Assembly (NCBI GenBank): GCA_039190745.1
Contig: JBCCXZ010000003.1
Coordinates: 32,001-96,000, forward strand
Length of the DNA stretch: 64,000 bases
From: Planctomycetota bacterium
Lineage (GTDB): Bacteria; Planctomycetota; Planctomycetia; Pirellulales; Lacipirellulaceae
Direction: 5' to 3'
A model generated the notes under the pieces. It saw only the letters and a program-made list of their open reading frames with translations, was not told the origin of the DNA and did no database searches. This document shows, piece after piece, positions 17,540 to 28,019 of this stretch (its first letter is position 1; each line of letters starts with the position of its first letter). The translations under genes and the position numbers were made by a program.

Positions 17540-18871
17540 ATGCGATGTTCAAGAAACCGAACGCTTGCGATCGCGGCGCTCTTGGGTTGCGTTTTTCCAG
17601 CGGCCACTCCGGAGGGACACGCGGAAGACTGGCCCCAATGGATGGGGCCGCAACGGGACAACGTTTGGCGAGAAACCGGGCTGTTGGAGCGGTTTCCGGA
17701 AGGTGGGCCGACCGTTGTGTGGCGGACCCCGGTAGCAGGAGGCTACGCTGGGCCTGCGGTTGCCGATGGACGCGTCTTCGTCACCGACTACGTCTCGACC
17801 GACGACGTGAAGGTTTCCAACTTTGAGCGCAAACCGACTTCCGGTTCAGAGCGTGTGCTCTGCATCGACGGGGCGAACGGCGAGGTACTCTGGAGGCACG
17901 AGTACCCGGTGCAATACACCATCAGCTACCCGGCCGGCCCGCGTTGCACCCCCGTCGTCGAGGGCGACCGAGTGTACACACTGGGCTCCGAAGGAGACCT
18001 CTTTTGCCTCGATGCGGCCACCGGAGAGGAACGTTGGAAGAGAGACTTCCCGGAAGAGTACAACGCAAAGACTTCGCTGTGGGGCTGGGCCTCACATCCC
18101 TTACTAGACGGTGAGAAGCTGATCTGCGTAGTCGGCGGCGAAGGAAGCCATGTGGTTGCCTTCGAGAAGCACACAGGCGAGGAGCTTTGGCGCGCCCGCA
18201 CCGCCAATGACCAAGGGTACTCGCCCCCCACGATTATCGAAGCGGGCGGAGTCAGGCAGCTGATCTTGCTGCAGCCCGACGCGGTGGCTTCAGTTGATCC
18301 CGAGACAGGCACTGAATACTGGAGTTTGCCCTACCAGGCTACGAGCGGTTCGATCATTATGTCGCCCGTGCAAGTGGGTGAGTACTTGTACGTCGGCGGC
18401 TACGACAAGAAGAACTTGTTGCTAAGGCTCGACTCAGAAGGCCCGGGCGCCGAAGTCGTCTGGGGCAACCAGTCGAAGCGAGGCCTTTCGCCGGTGAATG
18501 TACAGCCTATCGCGCACCAGGGGATGATTGTCGGGTTTGATCAAAGCGGTCTGTTGACGGCGTTCGAGTTGCCGAGCGGGGAGAGGATTTGGGAGACGCC
18601 TCAGCCGGTAAGTGAGCGTCGCGTCGGCTCTGGGTCAGCATTCCTAGTGAAGCAGGATGACCGATTTTGGCTATTTACCGAGAACGGCGAACTAGTCATC
18701 GCTCGGATCACACGCAAAGGGTTTGAAGAGATCGACCGAGCTAAAGTCATCGAGCCGACCAACAACGCCTTCGGACGGGACGTGGTGTGGTGCATGCCCG
18801 CGTTCGCCAATCGCCGGGTGTATGTCCGCAACGATGCCGAGTGTGTCTGCGTCGAACTGTCTCGCAACTAG
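17540..18871 (+). CDS. PQQ-binding-like beta-propeller protein
   Basis: Signal peptide, DWPQWMGP, repeated LDAATGEERW-type blades. Confidence 0.88.
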   Translation: MRCSRNRTLAIAALLGCVFPAATPEGHAEDWPQWMGPQRDNVWRETGLLERFPEGGPTVVWRTPVAGGYAGPAVADGRVFVTDYVSTDDVKVSNFERKPTSGSERVLCIDGANGEVLWRHEYPVQYTISYPAGPRCTPVVEGDRVYTLGSEGDLFCLDAATGEERWKRDFPEEYNAKTSLWGWASHPLLDGEKLICVVGGEGSHVVAFEKHTGEELWRARTANDQGYSPPTIIEAGGVRQLILLQPDAVASVDPETGTEYWSLPYQATSGSIIMSPVQVGEYLYVGGYDKKNLLLRLDSEGPGAEVVWGNQSKRGLSPVNVQPIAHQGMIVGFDQSGLLTAFELPSGERIWETPQPVSERRVGSGSAFLVKQDDRFWLFTENGELVIARITRKGFEEIDRAKVIEPTNNAFGRDVVWCMPAFANRRVYVRNDAECVCVELSRN

Positions 18872-19053
18872 CAGCGGCTATCTCCGCCGGCTTTAAGGCC
18901 CTGCGTGAGTGCGTCGCCTAGCTCGGGTGGGGTCCACGTCGCCCTGGGGACTGTGCCCTTCTTTGGGTGGCGCGGCGCACTGCGCGTCTCAAAGCCAGTC
19001 CCGTGCGGAGTTAGCGCGGTCTGCGTGTCTCGGCTTGTGCAAATGACAAGCTT

Positions 19054-19497
19054 CTAGCTCCGAGCGGCTTCCGCTTCGTGGCGGAGCAGGCTCGCTAGCA
19101 TCGCCTGAAAAACTGGACCCACGGTACGCATCTCTCTGTCTTCCGCTTGAGAGACTACCAAGTAGGTTGCACCGGCGGTGTTCACCCCACGGATGCGAGC
19201 GGTGCTGATGAAGTCGAACAGGTAGAAGTCGACGTCGTAGCCAGTCACATGCTGGCTGTCGATCTTCTCCTCGACGTAGGAGACCTCCATGTCACGGTAC
19301 TCGGAGCGCAACGCCGCGAGGGCTTCGTCGAAGAGCGGCTCCAGTTCGGTGCCGGCGTCGTACTTGCCTGCGTGCCAGAAGGCCGTTTCAGGGCTAGAAA
19401 CCACGACCTGCGAACCCTTCGATTCGGTCTCGGATTCAATCGACCAGTTGTCGGGGTACTCGAAACGCAGGCCGATACTGTCGTAGAGTGCTGGCAT
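19054..19497 (-). CDS. Hypothetical protein (PsbP/DUF1795-like fold possible)
   Basis: GLRFEYPDNW N-terminal motif. Confidence 0.7.
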   Translation of the reverse strand: MPALYDSIGLRFEYPDNWSIESETESKGSQVVVSSPETAFWHAGKYDAGTELEPLFDEALAALRSEYRDMEVSYVEEKIDSQHVTGYDVDFYLFDFISTARIRGVNTAGATYLVVSQAEDREMRTVGPVFQAMLASLLRHEAEAARS

Positions 19498-19749
19498 GGT
19501 CTGGGGGGGGCGATTTGTGAATTAGGGAAAGCGATAGGCCCCATGCGGACGATTTGAAATCTACCAACTCCTCAACAACTTCGGTAGCTGCTAGCAGCTA
19601 CCCGGGCACAGTTGGACAGCCTCGTGAGCGGCGTTGTCGGTTTCCACAGGTGGTTGATACAGTCTGCCCCTTCTGATTTGGGGTCTGGACCAGCCGCACT
19701 AGAGCACAGTTTGTTCGTTTGAATTCTCCTGTCTCGATCGGGTAATGAC

Positions 19750-20691
19750 TTGCCGTTTTCGGAACGACAACTGCCGAGCCGACGCTGCCTCTACGGAGCG
19801 GCGTTCGCATTCTCTTTGGCGGTTTGCGGTTGTTCGTCTCTGAGCAAGCCCAAGATCATCCCCGACTCAATCGCGGCGTGCCGCGAGTTGGCCCAGCGGG
19901 GCGCGTCGGCTATGGAGATGGGCGACTCGGTCGAAGCGGAGCGTCTGCTGGCAGGTGCCGTCGAGTCGGAACCAACCGATGTTGAGGCCCGCCGACACCT
20001 TGCCGAGGCGATGTGGGCCAATGGCGATCGCTCTGAGGCGGTGCTCCATATGGAGACAGCCATGCAGTTGGCGCCGGGACACCCGGGGACAGTGGTTCGG
20101 GTCGGCGAGATGCAACTGGCCCTGGGCCAAACCAGAGGAGCGGAGCAGCGGGCAGAAGAGGCGCTCGCTCTCGCACCTACCATGCCCGAGGCTTGGGCAT
20201 TGCGAGGCCGAGTGTTTCGGGAGTTGGGCGAACCGAAACGATCTCTGGCCGATCTACAGCAGTCGTTGGCTTACGCTCCCCACAACAAATCGGTTTTGCA
20301 GGACGTTGCGAGCCTTCAATTCGAGCTGAAACGACCGCGGCGTTGCCTTTCGACACTGCACAGTCTGTTGGACGGCTACCCCCACGGGGAAGAACCCCGG
20401 GACGCGTTGTGGCTAGAGGGCTTGGCCTACGGAGCGTTGGATCGCCACTCCGACGCGGCCAAGAGCCTTGCCGAGGCGACACAACGAGGTAATCCACCCG
20501 CGGAACTCTTGTACCACCTGGCGATGGCTTCCAACCAATGTGGCGACGCAGCACAAGCGGCCGACGCCGCTGAGCGTGCGCTTGCAACCGACGCGAGCCA
20601 CGGGCCGAGCCAGGTGTTGCTCGCCAGTCTCCGGGCCGATGGGACTCGGGGCAACGCTGTCCGGACCGCATCGGGGACGATCTTGCGCTAA
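19750..20691 (+). CDS. TPR lipoprotein
   Basis: Lipobox-like VCGC; TPR repeats. Confidence 0.8.
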   Translation: MPFSERQLPSRRCLYGAAFAFSLAVCGCSSLSKPKIIPDSIAACRELAQRGASAMEMGDSVEAERLLAGAVESEPTDVEARRHLAEAMWANGDRSEAVLHMETAMQLAPGHPGTVVRVGEMQLALGQTRGAEQRAEEALALAPTMPEAWALRGRVFRELGEPKRSLADLQQSLAYAPHNKSVLQDVASLQFELKRPRRCLSTLHSLLDGYPHGEEPRDALWLEGLAYGALDRHSDAAKSLAEATQRGNPPAELLYHLAMASNQCGDAAQAADAAERALATDASHGPSQVLLASLRADGTRGNAVRTASGTILR

Positions 20692-20695
20692 AGGA

Positions 20696-21589
20696 CTACC
20701 GCTTACGGGCGACTTTCTTCTGCGGGGCGATAAGGTCCTCTCTGAACCGCGACTCGTAACGCATGCTGCTAGTGGCGCCCGCGAACCCGAGGATGTTCTT
20801 GTCGACGTCTTGCCGCTGCGAGATGAACCTGCCGGCTTCGATATCGAACCGCACAAGGCCTTTCGTAAGCCGCTGAACGAGCTGTGCCTCGATGTAAGGG
20901 GAGATGGGCGTCAGAACGTCGTACTTCACCTCGATGGCCGCGACGCCGCGGCTGACGGACTTCAGGCGGCAGAGACGGCGGGTCCGCACCTCGGTCTTTG
21001 TGCCGCCCTTGCGTTCCGCTTCGATCTCGTACGTGGTGGTCCACTTCTCGCCCACCGCGATCGGCTTGCCAGGCAGCTCCAGTGTGATCGGCAGGTCGTC
21101 GCTGGTCGGCGGCTGCGGGTGCTTTTCTTCTCGGTCGAGGATATCGCCGGACGGGGAGATCTTCAGCACCGACAGCGGGATACCAATTGCGCGGGCGGCC
21201 GTCTCGTAGCCCTTAGGGGGCTCCTCATCGGCGGTGCTGTCGTAAGACGTCTCGCCCTTGCCGGGCGTGCGGTTGCTCATCTTCACCGACTCGACGAGGT
21301 GAACGAACTGGATCTCGCCGCTGGGAAGCACGTCGGTCACTTTCCAGGCTTTGACCGACTCGCTCCTCGTCTCGACTTCTTGGGAAGTCCCGTCGATGTT
21401 GCTACGGATATTGGCCGCGTGCTTCACCTTGTAGCGCAGCACCTCTCCCGACTGGAATTTGTAACGCAAAGAATACTTCTTCGCGCCCTTGCGATTGGGG
21501 GACTCGGCGTGCGACTCGCAGACAACTGTCAGCGTGCCGCAGAGAATCAGTGCCGCGGCGAAGCAGCGTCCGGGGCGGGTAGCGTGCAT
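20696..21589 (-). CDS. Secreted hypothetical protein
   Basis: Signal peptide; LRYKFQSGE, LPGKPIAVGEKW and FDIEAGR motifs. Confidence 0.75.
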   Translation of the reverse strand: MHATRPGRCFAAALILCGTLTVVCESHAESPNRKGAKKYSLRYKFQSGEVLRYKVKHAANIRSNIDGTSQEVETRSESVKAWKVTDVLPSGEIQFVHLVESVKMSNRTPGKGETSYDSTADEEPPKGYETAARAIGIPLSVLKISPSGDILDREEKHPQPPTSDDLPITLELPGKPIAVGEKWTTTYEIEAERKGGTKTEVRTRRLCRLKSVSRGVAAIEVKYDVLTPISPYIEAQLVQRLTKGLVRFDIEAGRFISQRQDVDKNILGFAGATSSMRYESRFREDLIAPQKKVARKR

Positions 21590-21674
21590 CCTTGCACCTT
21601 CTGTTGGGAGAGCCGGGCAGTTGGTGGCCCGGGGTGGTATCGATTACTAAGATCTTGTGTGGCCGGTCGGAGGG

Positions 21675-22559
21675 TCAGTCGTTCAGTTCCAGTCGACCGC
21701 CCCAGCCAAGCTTTTCTCGGAGCGTGCGATAATAGCCGCGCCCGGCGACTTCCACCAAGCGGAAATCGGTCTCTGAGCGTCGGACACGGACGCGGTCGCC
21801 GGGTTGCAAGCACCGGACGACCCGCCCGTCGACCAGCAGCGAGGTACCCTCGTTGGGCTGCGGGACGACGATTTCGTAACGCCGATCAGCTGAGTCGACC
21901 ACCGGCCGGTTAGTAAGCGTGTGGGGGTTCAGGGGCGATACGACAAATGCCTGCAGCGACTTGCGGAGGATCGGCCCGCCCGCGGACAGGTTGTGGGCGG
22001 TAGAACCGACGGGCGTGCTGATGATCAGCCCGTCGCACCGGTAGGTGGTCACGAGCTCGTCATCGACAAAGAGCTGGACGTCGAGAATCGCGAACGGGGC
22101 GCCTGCTAGCACCGATGCTTCGTTGAGGCCGAGCACGCTGTGAGCGGGCTCGCCAGAGGCGTCCAGCACTTCGCAGCGGAACATAAGGTGGGAGATCACC
22201 CGGTAGTCGCCCGCAACGACTTGGGCGAGGGTGTCCGCTAGCGATGCCGGGTTGACGCCGGCGAGGAACCCCAGCCGTCCGAGGTTCACGCCGATCACGG
22301 GCAGCCTCCGGTCGCCCAGCCGACGGGACGAGCGGAGGATCGCCCCGTCGCCGCCGAGCACGATCGCGAAGTCGGCCGGCGTGTCGGGAACCTCTTCGGT
22401 GGCGTCGTCCACGACGCCGACCACTTCGAAGAACTGGTCGATGGTTGGGCGGAGCTCTTCCACGTCCCGCCGGATCTCTTCCCGGTGGCAGTCGGCGAGG
22501 ATCAACGCGTGCGGGCGTTGAGGGTCGATCAACCCAGGGCTGGCAGGCTGCGGATTCAT
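21675..22559 (-). CDS. nadK: NAD kinase
   Basis: LGGDGA, GVNLGRLGFL, LNE, DGLIISTPVGSTAHNLSAGGP. Confidence 0.93.
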   Translation of the reverse strand: MNPQPASPGLIDPQRPHALILADCHREEIRRDVEELRPTIDQFFEVVGVVDDATEEVPDTPADFAIVLGGDGAILRSSRRLGDRRLPVIGVNLGRLGFLAGVNPASLADTLAQVVAGDYRVISHLMFRCEVLDASGEPAHSVLGLNEASVLAGAPFAILDVQLFVDDELVTTYRCDGLIISTPVGSTAHNLSAGGPILRKSLQAFVVSPLNPHTLTNRPVVDSADRRYEIVVPQPNEGTSLLVDGRVVRCLQPGDRVRVRRSETDFRLVEVAGRGYYRTLREKLGWGGRLELND

Positions 22560-22605
22560 AGCTGCAGCATAACAGCGGCAACGCACAGGGACGAGGCGAC
22601 TCAGC

Positions 22606-24501
22606 TTAACGCTGATAAGAGACCGCGGCTGCCTCCTGGCATGCCTGAACGATGCCCTCTGGGCTCATGCCCATGTCGGCCAGCAGTTCTTCGCGTTCGC
22701 CGTGCTCGACGAAATGATCGGGGATGCCCAGCCTGCGGAGCCGGCTGGCGTCAACGCCCGCGTCGGCAGCGGCCTCAAGCACCGCAGAGCCGAAACCTCC
22801 GGCTAGGGCGGCTTCTTCGACTGTGAAGGTGAAGCCGCACTCTTCGATCGCTTTGAGGATTGTCTCTGCGTCAAGCGGCTTGATGAACCGAGCGTTGATG
22901 ACGCGGATCGATAGCCCCGATTCGGCGAGTGCATCGGCGGCCTCGACGCAGCGAGGCATCAGGGCGCCCGCGGCGATCAGGCAGCCATCGCTGCCTTCGT
23001 GGACCACCTCTGCTTTGCCGTGCTCAATCGGTTGTGCCGTTCGTTCAACGGTTGTCGCGCTGGCTTTCGGGTAGCGGATCGTGCAGGGGTGGTGCGAAGC
23101 CAGGGCGAAATCAAGCATCGCGGGAAGATCGGCGGCGTCGCCGGGCGCCATGACGACCATGTTGGGGAACACGCGGAGGTAGCCGAAATCGAACACGCCG
23201 TGGTGGGTGGGGCCGTCGGGCCCGGCCAGCCCGCCCCGGTCGAGCATGAACGTTACGGGCAGGTCTTGCAGCGCCACTTCTTGGAAGATGTGGTCGTAGG
23301 CCCGCTGCAGGAACGTGCTGTAGATATCGACGATCGGACGCATGCCGACCTTTGCCTGCCCCGCGGCAAAAGCCACGGTGTGGGCTTCGCAGATGCCGGT
23401 ATCGAAGAACCGATCTGGGAACTCGTCGCGGACGGCCTCGAGCTTGTTGCCTTGGCACATCGCGGCGGTGAGCACCGTGACCCGCTCGTCGGCCCGCATC
23501 CTCTCGGCGATCGCTGCTGAAGCAACGTGCGTGTAGGCCTTGGTCTTGCTCTTCTTCATTGCGACAACCCGGTTGTCGCTTCGTTCGAACATGGGCGGGG
23601 CGTGGAACAGCACGGGGTCTTCGGTCGCTGGCTGGAAGCCGTGCCCTTTTTCGGTAACGACGTGGAGCAGGACCGGCGACTCGCTGCGGCGGACCATCTT
23701 GAGATACTTCCGCAACAGGCCGATGTTGTGCCCGTCGATCGGGCCAATGTAGCGGAAGCCGAGGTCCTCGAAGATCATGCCGCCGCTGAGCCCGGCTTTG
23801 GCGGCTTCCTTCACCTGCGCGAGCAGCCGCTCGGTTGGGTCGCCGAGCAAGGGCACGTGGTTGAGCACCTTGACGATCTCGTCCTTGAGGCCCGTGTAGA
23901 GCGGGTTGCTGCGGAGCCGATCGAGGTAGTCGGCGACTCCGCCCACGCGGGGGCAGATCGACATCTTGTTGTCGTTGAGGATGACCGTGAAGCGGCCGCC
24001 CTGAGCCCGGGCGTTGTTCATCGCCTCGAAGACCACGCCCGACGGGAAGGCCCCGTCTCCGATTACCGCTACTGCGTGGCGGTCTTCCTCGGCTCGTAGC
24101 AGCGCGTCGCCGCTAGCCAGCCCGAGTACAGTCGAGACACTGGCCCCCGCGTGGCCGGTCATGAACAAGTCGTAATCGCTCTCGACCGGGTTGGGATAGC
24201 CCATCAGGCCGCCCTTAGTCCTTATCGACTGGAACTGGTCGTAACGCCCAGTCAGTAGTTTGTGTGGGTAGATCTGGTGGCCGGTGTCCCAGATGAGTCG
24301 GTCGCGTCGGAAGTCGAATACGTCGTGCAGGGCGATCGCGAGTTCAACCACCCCGAGATTCGACGCGAAGTGCGCGCTGCGGCAGGCGACCAGGCCGCAG
24401 AGCACGTCGCGGATTTCCGCGGCGAGCTGCTCCAATTCGTGCAGCTTCATCCCAGCGAGGTCTTCGGGGCCGTTGAGGCCCGACAGGATCTTGTGCTTCA
24501 C
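22606..24501 (-). CDS. dxs: 1-deoxy-D-xylulose-5-phosphate synthase
   Basis: SNLGVVEL, WDTGHQ, GDGA...LNDN, YSTFLQRAYD, DGPTHHG. Confidence 0.97.
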   Translation of the reverse strand: MKHKILSGLNGPEDLAGMKLHELEQLAAEIRDVLCGLVACRSAHFASNLGVVELAIALHDVFDFRRDRLIWDTGHQIYPHKLLTGRYDQFQSIRTKGGLMGYPNPVESDYDLFMTGHAGASVSTVLGLASGDALLRAEEDRHAVAVIGDGAFPSGVVFEAMNNARAQGGRFTVILNDNKMSICPRVGGVADYLDRLRSNPLYTGLKDEIVKVLNHVPLLGDPTERLLAQVKEAAKAGLSGGMIFEDLGFRYIGPIDGHNIGLLRKYLKMVRRSESPVLLHVVTEKGHGFQPATEDPVLFHAPPMFERSDNRVVAMKKSKTKAYTHVASAAIAERMRADERVTVLTAAMCQGNKLEAVRDEFPDRFFDTGICEAHTVAFAAGQAKVGMRPIVDIYSTFLQRAYDHIFQEVALQDLPVTFMLDRGGLAGPDGPTHHGVFDFGYLRVFPNMVVMAPGDAADLPAMLDFALASHHPCTIRYPKASATTVERTAQPIEHGKAEVVHEGSDGCLIAAGALMPRCVEAADALAESGLSIRVINARFIKPLDAETILKAIEECGFTFTVEEAALAGGFGSAVLEAAADAGVDASRLRRLGIPDHFVEHGEREELLADMGMSPEGIVQACQEAAAVSYQR

Positions 24502-25397
24502 GAGTTCCTCGCAGCTACGAATCGAGCCGTCTCGATCAATGGTTCGGCGCGTTCGCCAAAATCAGCGAGCGCCGCCTCGGCGCGACCGATTAGGTCTTCA
24601 ACAAGCCTGCGACTCTCATCGACGCCGATCAAGTCGGGGTATGTAAGCTTGCCGCGATCGGAGTCTTTGCTGAGCCGTTTGCCGACGACGGACTCTTCCC
24701 CGCAGATGTCGAGCAGGTCGTCCACAACCTGGAACGCGAGCCCCAGGTCGGTCGCGTAGCGGTCCAGTGCTTCGAGCTGCGCCTCACCGGCGCCGGCTGT
24801 GAGGGCCCCGAGTCTGACGCTCGCTCGGAACAACGCCCCGGTTTTCCGGGCGTGGATCGCTTCGAGTGTCACGATTGTTGGCGGTAAATTCTCGGCGGAG
24901 AGGTCGTCCGCTTGGCCCCCGACGAGCGCCGCGGCGCCGGCGGCCTCAGCTAGGACCGCACAGCAGCTCGCCGCAGCCTCGGGTGGTTTGATTTCTTTTG
25001 CCATCAACTCGAAGGCGCGGGCTTGCAACGCGTCGCCGACCAGAATGGCCGTGGCCTCATCGAACTGGACGTGACAGGTAGGCCGCCCGCGGCGTAGGTC
25101 GTCGTTGTCCATCGCCGGGAGGTCGTCGTGCACCAAAGAGTAGGCGTGGATCATTTCAACCGCCGCCGCAGCAGGCAGGGCTTGTTGTGGATCTCCTCCA
25201 CACGCTTCGGCCGCCATCAGCACCAACCTCGGTCGGAGTCGCTTCCCAGGTCCAAGCAGGGCGTAACGGATTGCCTCCTCGAGTGGGGCAGGACAACCGG
25301 GTTGCGGGACAGCGTAACGCGCGAGTGCGTCATCGATCGCGGCGAGCCGCAAATCAGACGGGTGTGCGGCGTCTGCTGGAGCGCTGGTTACGGTCAT
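24498..25397 (-). CDS. ispA: Polyprenyl (farnesyl diphosphate) synthase
   Basis: GKRLRP, HDDLPAMDNDDLRRG, FQVVDD. Confidence 0.93.
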   Translation of the reverse strand: MTVTSAPADAAHPSDLRLAAIDDALARYAVPQPGCPAPLEEAIRYALLGPGKRLRPRLVLMAAEACGGDPQQALPAAAAVEMIHAYSLVHDDLPAMDNDDLRRGRPTCHVQFDEATAILVGDALQARAFELMAKEIKPPEAAASCCAVLAEAAGAAALVGGQADDLSAENLPPTIVTLEAIHARKTGALFRASVRLGALTAGAGEAQLEALDRYATDLGLAFQVVDDLLDICGEESVVGKRLSKDSDRGKLTYPDLIGVDESRRLVEDLIGRAEAALADFGERAEPLIETARFVAARNS

Positions 25398-25524
25398 GGG
25401 CACGTTTGCAACTGTTGTCTGCTGCGGTCTTTACAATGATTCTAACCGCCCGCTCCTCCCGAGGTAACCGCGGAGGACGCCACCCAGTCACAGCCAACGG
25501 CTTCCCATACAGCCGGCTGAACCT

Positions 25525-25866
25525 CTAGAAGAGCTCGGAGTCCTGCGATTCGTTCGCATCCGGGGCACTACGCCGTCGGGAACGCGCTGCTGACTTCCGC
25601 TCCAGAGGGGCGTCGCCATCGTCCGCAAAAGGTTCGGTAACGGGACGGCCGTCTTTGTCGACGCCGCTGACTTTCTCAATCCGACGCTCGGCTAGTTCGA
25701 GCTGCTCGTAGCAAGCCTTGAGGTGGCTAACCCCCTCTTCGTACTTCTGGAGCGAATCGGCCAGTGGCAGTCGCCCGCCTTCCAACCCGGCGACGATTTC
25801 CTCAAGCCGTTCGAGAGACTGCTCGAAAGTGAGTGGTTTCCTTTTTGCTGCCTTCTTCTTAGCCAA
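25525..25866 (-). CDS. xseB: Exodeoxyribonuclease VII small subunit
   Basis: FEQSLERLEEIV...L...YEEG; position between xseA and ispA. Confidence 0.93.
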   Translation of the reverse strand: MAKKKAAKRKPLTFEQSLERLEEIVAGLEGGRLPLADSLQKYEEGVSHLKACYEQLELAERRIEKVSGVDKDGRPVTEPFADDGDAPLERKSAARSRRRSAPDANESQDSELF

Positions 25867-25884
25867 TTGTTGTGCTCTGGCGGG

Positions 25885-27105
25885 TTAAGGTTGTTGCGAG
25901 GCGACGATCGAGACCACTTCGCCACTGGCGAGCCTCGTGCGTAGACGATCGCCCTCGTGAAGCACGGATGCGTCGGTGACGGGCGGGCCGCCATCCGCCC
26001 TTTGAGTCAGGCTATAGCCGCGGCTCAGAACCGCCAAGGGGCTCAGTGCTTCGATCCGCCCCGCGATGCTCGCGACGCGGGCGGCTTCGGTCGTCAGTCG
26101 GGCGTTTGCGGCTGAGTGGAGGCGTGTTGAGGACTCGTCGATGCTGCGGGCGAGGAGGTGGATCGGGTCCATTGGCCGGGCGAACACAGGCCGTGTGGCG
26201 ATGGCGTCGAGCCGATCCGAGAGGATCGCTGTGCGAGTGCGGATGGCATCTCGCAGTCGATTGCCGAGCGATTCCACGCCGGCGGTGAACTCCTCGGACG
26301 AAGGCACCACACGCTCGGCGGCTTCGCTGGGCGTCAGCGCGCGGAGGTCGGCTGCGAGGTCGCTGAGAGTGACATCGATCTCGTGCCCGATTGCCGAGAC
26401 CGTTGGGATGCGTGACGACGCGACCGCGCGGACGGTTGCTTCCTCGTTGAAGGCCCAGAGGTCTTCGATGCTGCCGCCGCCGCGTGTGACCACGAGCACG
26501 TCGGGCTTCGGGGTAGTCTGATTGGCGATCCGGATCGCTTGGGCGACTTCTTCCGCCGAGCCTTCACCTTGCACGCGTGTGGGGTAGACGAGCACCTCGA
26601 CCCCTCTCCACCGGCGGCGGAGGACCTCCAGGAAGTCACGTATCGCGGCGCCGGTGGGGCTCGTCACGACCCCGATGCGGCGAGGGAAGCGGGGCAGCGT
26701 CCGCTTCCTATCGCCGTCGAACAGGCCCTCGGCCGCAAGCTTGGCTTGCAGCTTCTTGAGAGCGAGTTCGAGGGCCCCGACGCCACGCGGCTCCATCTTC
26801 TGCACCACAAGTTGGTAGCTCCCGCGGGGCGGGTAGAGGTCGAGCCGACCCTGGCACACGACTTCCAGGCCGTCGCGGAGGTCGAATGTGAGCTTCGCCG
26901 CGGTCGAACGCCACACGACGGCACGCAGTTGCGCGTCGTCGTCCTTGAGCGTGAGATAGCAGTGCCCCGATTGGGGACGCGAAAAGTTAGAAACCTCTCC
27001 GACGACCCAGACATTGGGGAAGCTGCTCTCGACCACCGTCTTGAGCCGAGCCGTCAGCTGGCTGATCGAAAGGGCAGAGTCGGCGCTGGAGATAGTTTCG
27101 GGCAA
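25885..27105 (-). CDS. xseA: Exodeoxyribonuclease VII large subunit
   Basis: SGHCYLTLKD, RGGGSIEDLWAFNEE, IGHEID, TPSEAAE. Confidence 0.96.
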   Translation of the reverse strand: MPETISSADSALSISQLTARLKTVVESSFPNVWVVGEVSNFSRPQSGHCYLTLKDDDAQLRAVVWRSTAAKLTFDLRDGLEVVCQGRLDLYPPRGSYQLVVQKMEPRGVGALELALKKLQAKLAAEGLFDGDRKRTLPRFPRRIGVVTSPTGAAIRDFLEVLRRRWRGVEVLVYPTRVQGEGSAEEVAQAIRIANQTTPKPDVLVVTRGGGSIEDLWAFNEEATVRAVASSRIPTVSAIGHEIDVTLSDLAADLRALTPSEAAERVVPSSEEFTAGVESLGNRLRDAIRTRTAILSDRLDAIATRPVFARPMDPIHLLARSIDESSTRLHSAANARLTTEAARVASIAGRIEALSPLAVLSRGYSLTQRADGGPPVTDASVLHEGDRLRTRLASGEVVSIVASQQP

Positions 27106-27181
27106 GGCAGCGTTACTTGGCGTTGGTTTAGCAGGCTCGCCAAGTCTAACACGTTGCCTCGTCGAGAGAGAGACGCATCTA

Positions 27182-27970
27182 CTACGCCGCCTTGCGGCGA
27201 GCGATCTCGCACGGCTCGTAGTCTGCTAGCTCTTGGGCCGGGATAGCCGGCAGGGTCGGCAGCTCCGCTGGGCCTGGTAACCGACCCTCTCGTCGGCCTG
27301 CGACCGTGCCCTGGGGGGCGTCGCCGATCTCGGCCCATCCCTCGGCCTGCGAGGTAACTTGATTGAGCAACCTTTCCAGACTCTGCCTTGTCTGCTCGAG
27401 CTCAGTGCGATCAAGCTTGGCGTCGATCGAGACCGCCGGGCCCACTACGGCACGAGCCTGCGAGAAAAGGCGTGGCAGGGCGAAGCGGTCCCAACTCCGA
27501 AATCTCCACGGCCGCCGGTAACCGAAGCCCAACGGGACGATCGGCATGCCGAGTTTGGCGGCCAGATAGATCGGGCCCACCGCGAGCTTGCGACGCGGTC
27601 CGCGGGGGCCATCGGGGGTGATCGTGAGGTGCCGGTTCGAACCGGCTCGCGCCATCGAACGCAGAGCCGTCACCGACCCCCGGTAGGTTGAGCCTCGCAC
27701 CGAGTCAAAGCCCATCTGTTTCGCAACCCGAGCGAGCACATCGGCGTCGCGGTGTTGGCTGAGCAGCATGGTGAGGTCGCAATTCCCCCTGAGGTAAAGC
27801 GGCAGCAGGATGTACTCGTGCCAGAAGACGTACATCCGCGGCTGATCACAGCCCGTCTTGGGGTCGAGCGCCGGGTCGTGGTAGGCGATCCGGTAGCGGA
27901 GAGTCTTCATCCAAGAGCGGACCGAGACGGAGGCGGTAAGCCCGGCCGCGGAGAGTAGCATGTTGTTCAT
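27182..27970 (-). CDS. DUF374 / lysophospholipid acyltransferase family protein
   Basis: FWHE, SQHRDA, VRGS, ITPDGPRGP, SWDRF. Confidence 0.85.
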   Translation of the reverse strand: MNNMLLSAAGLTASVSVRSWMKTLRYRIAYHDPALDPKTGCDQPRMYVFWHEYILLPLYLRGNCDLTMLLSQHRDADVLARVAKQMGFDSVRGSTYRGSVTALRSMARAGSNRHLTITPDGPRGPRRKLAVGPIYLAAKLGMPIVPLGFGYRRPWRFRSWDRFALPRLFSQARAVVGPAVSIDAKLDRTELEQTRQSLERLLNQVTSQAEGWAEIGDAPQGTVAGRREGRLPGPAELPTLPAIPAQELADYEPCEIARRKAA

Positions 27971-28019
27971 CGAGCGTCCTTGCGCGAAAGGTCGTTTCGG
28001 GAGGCGACCGCTGGGCCGA

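Noticed and set aside
18872..19053. Possible structured element between convergent genes (AGTGCGTCGC/GCGGCGCACT)
   Set aside because: A single 10-bp GC-rich pairing with no promoter or U tract; compatible with chance
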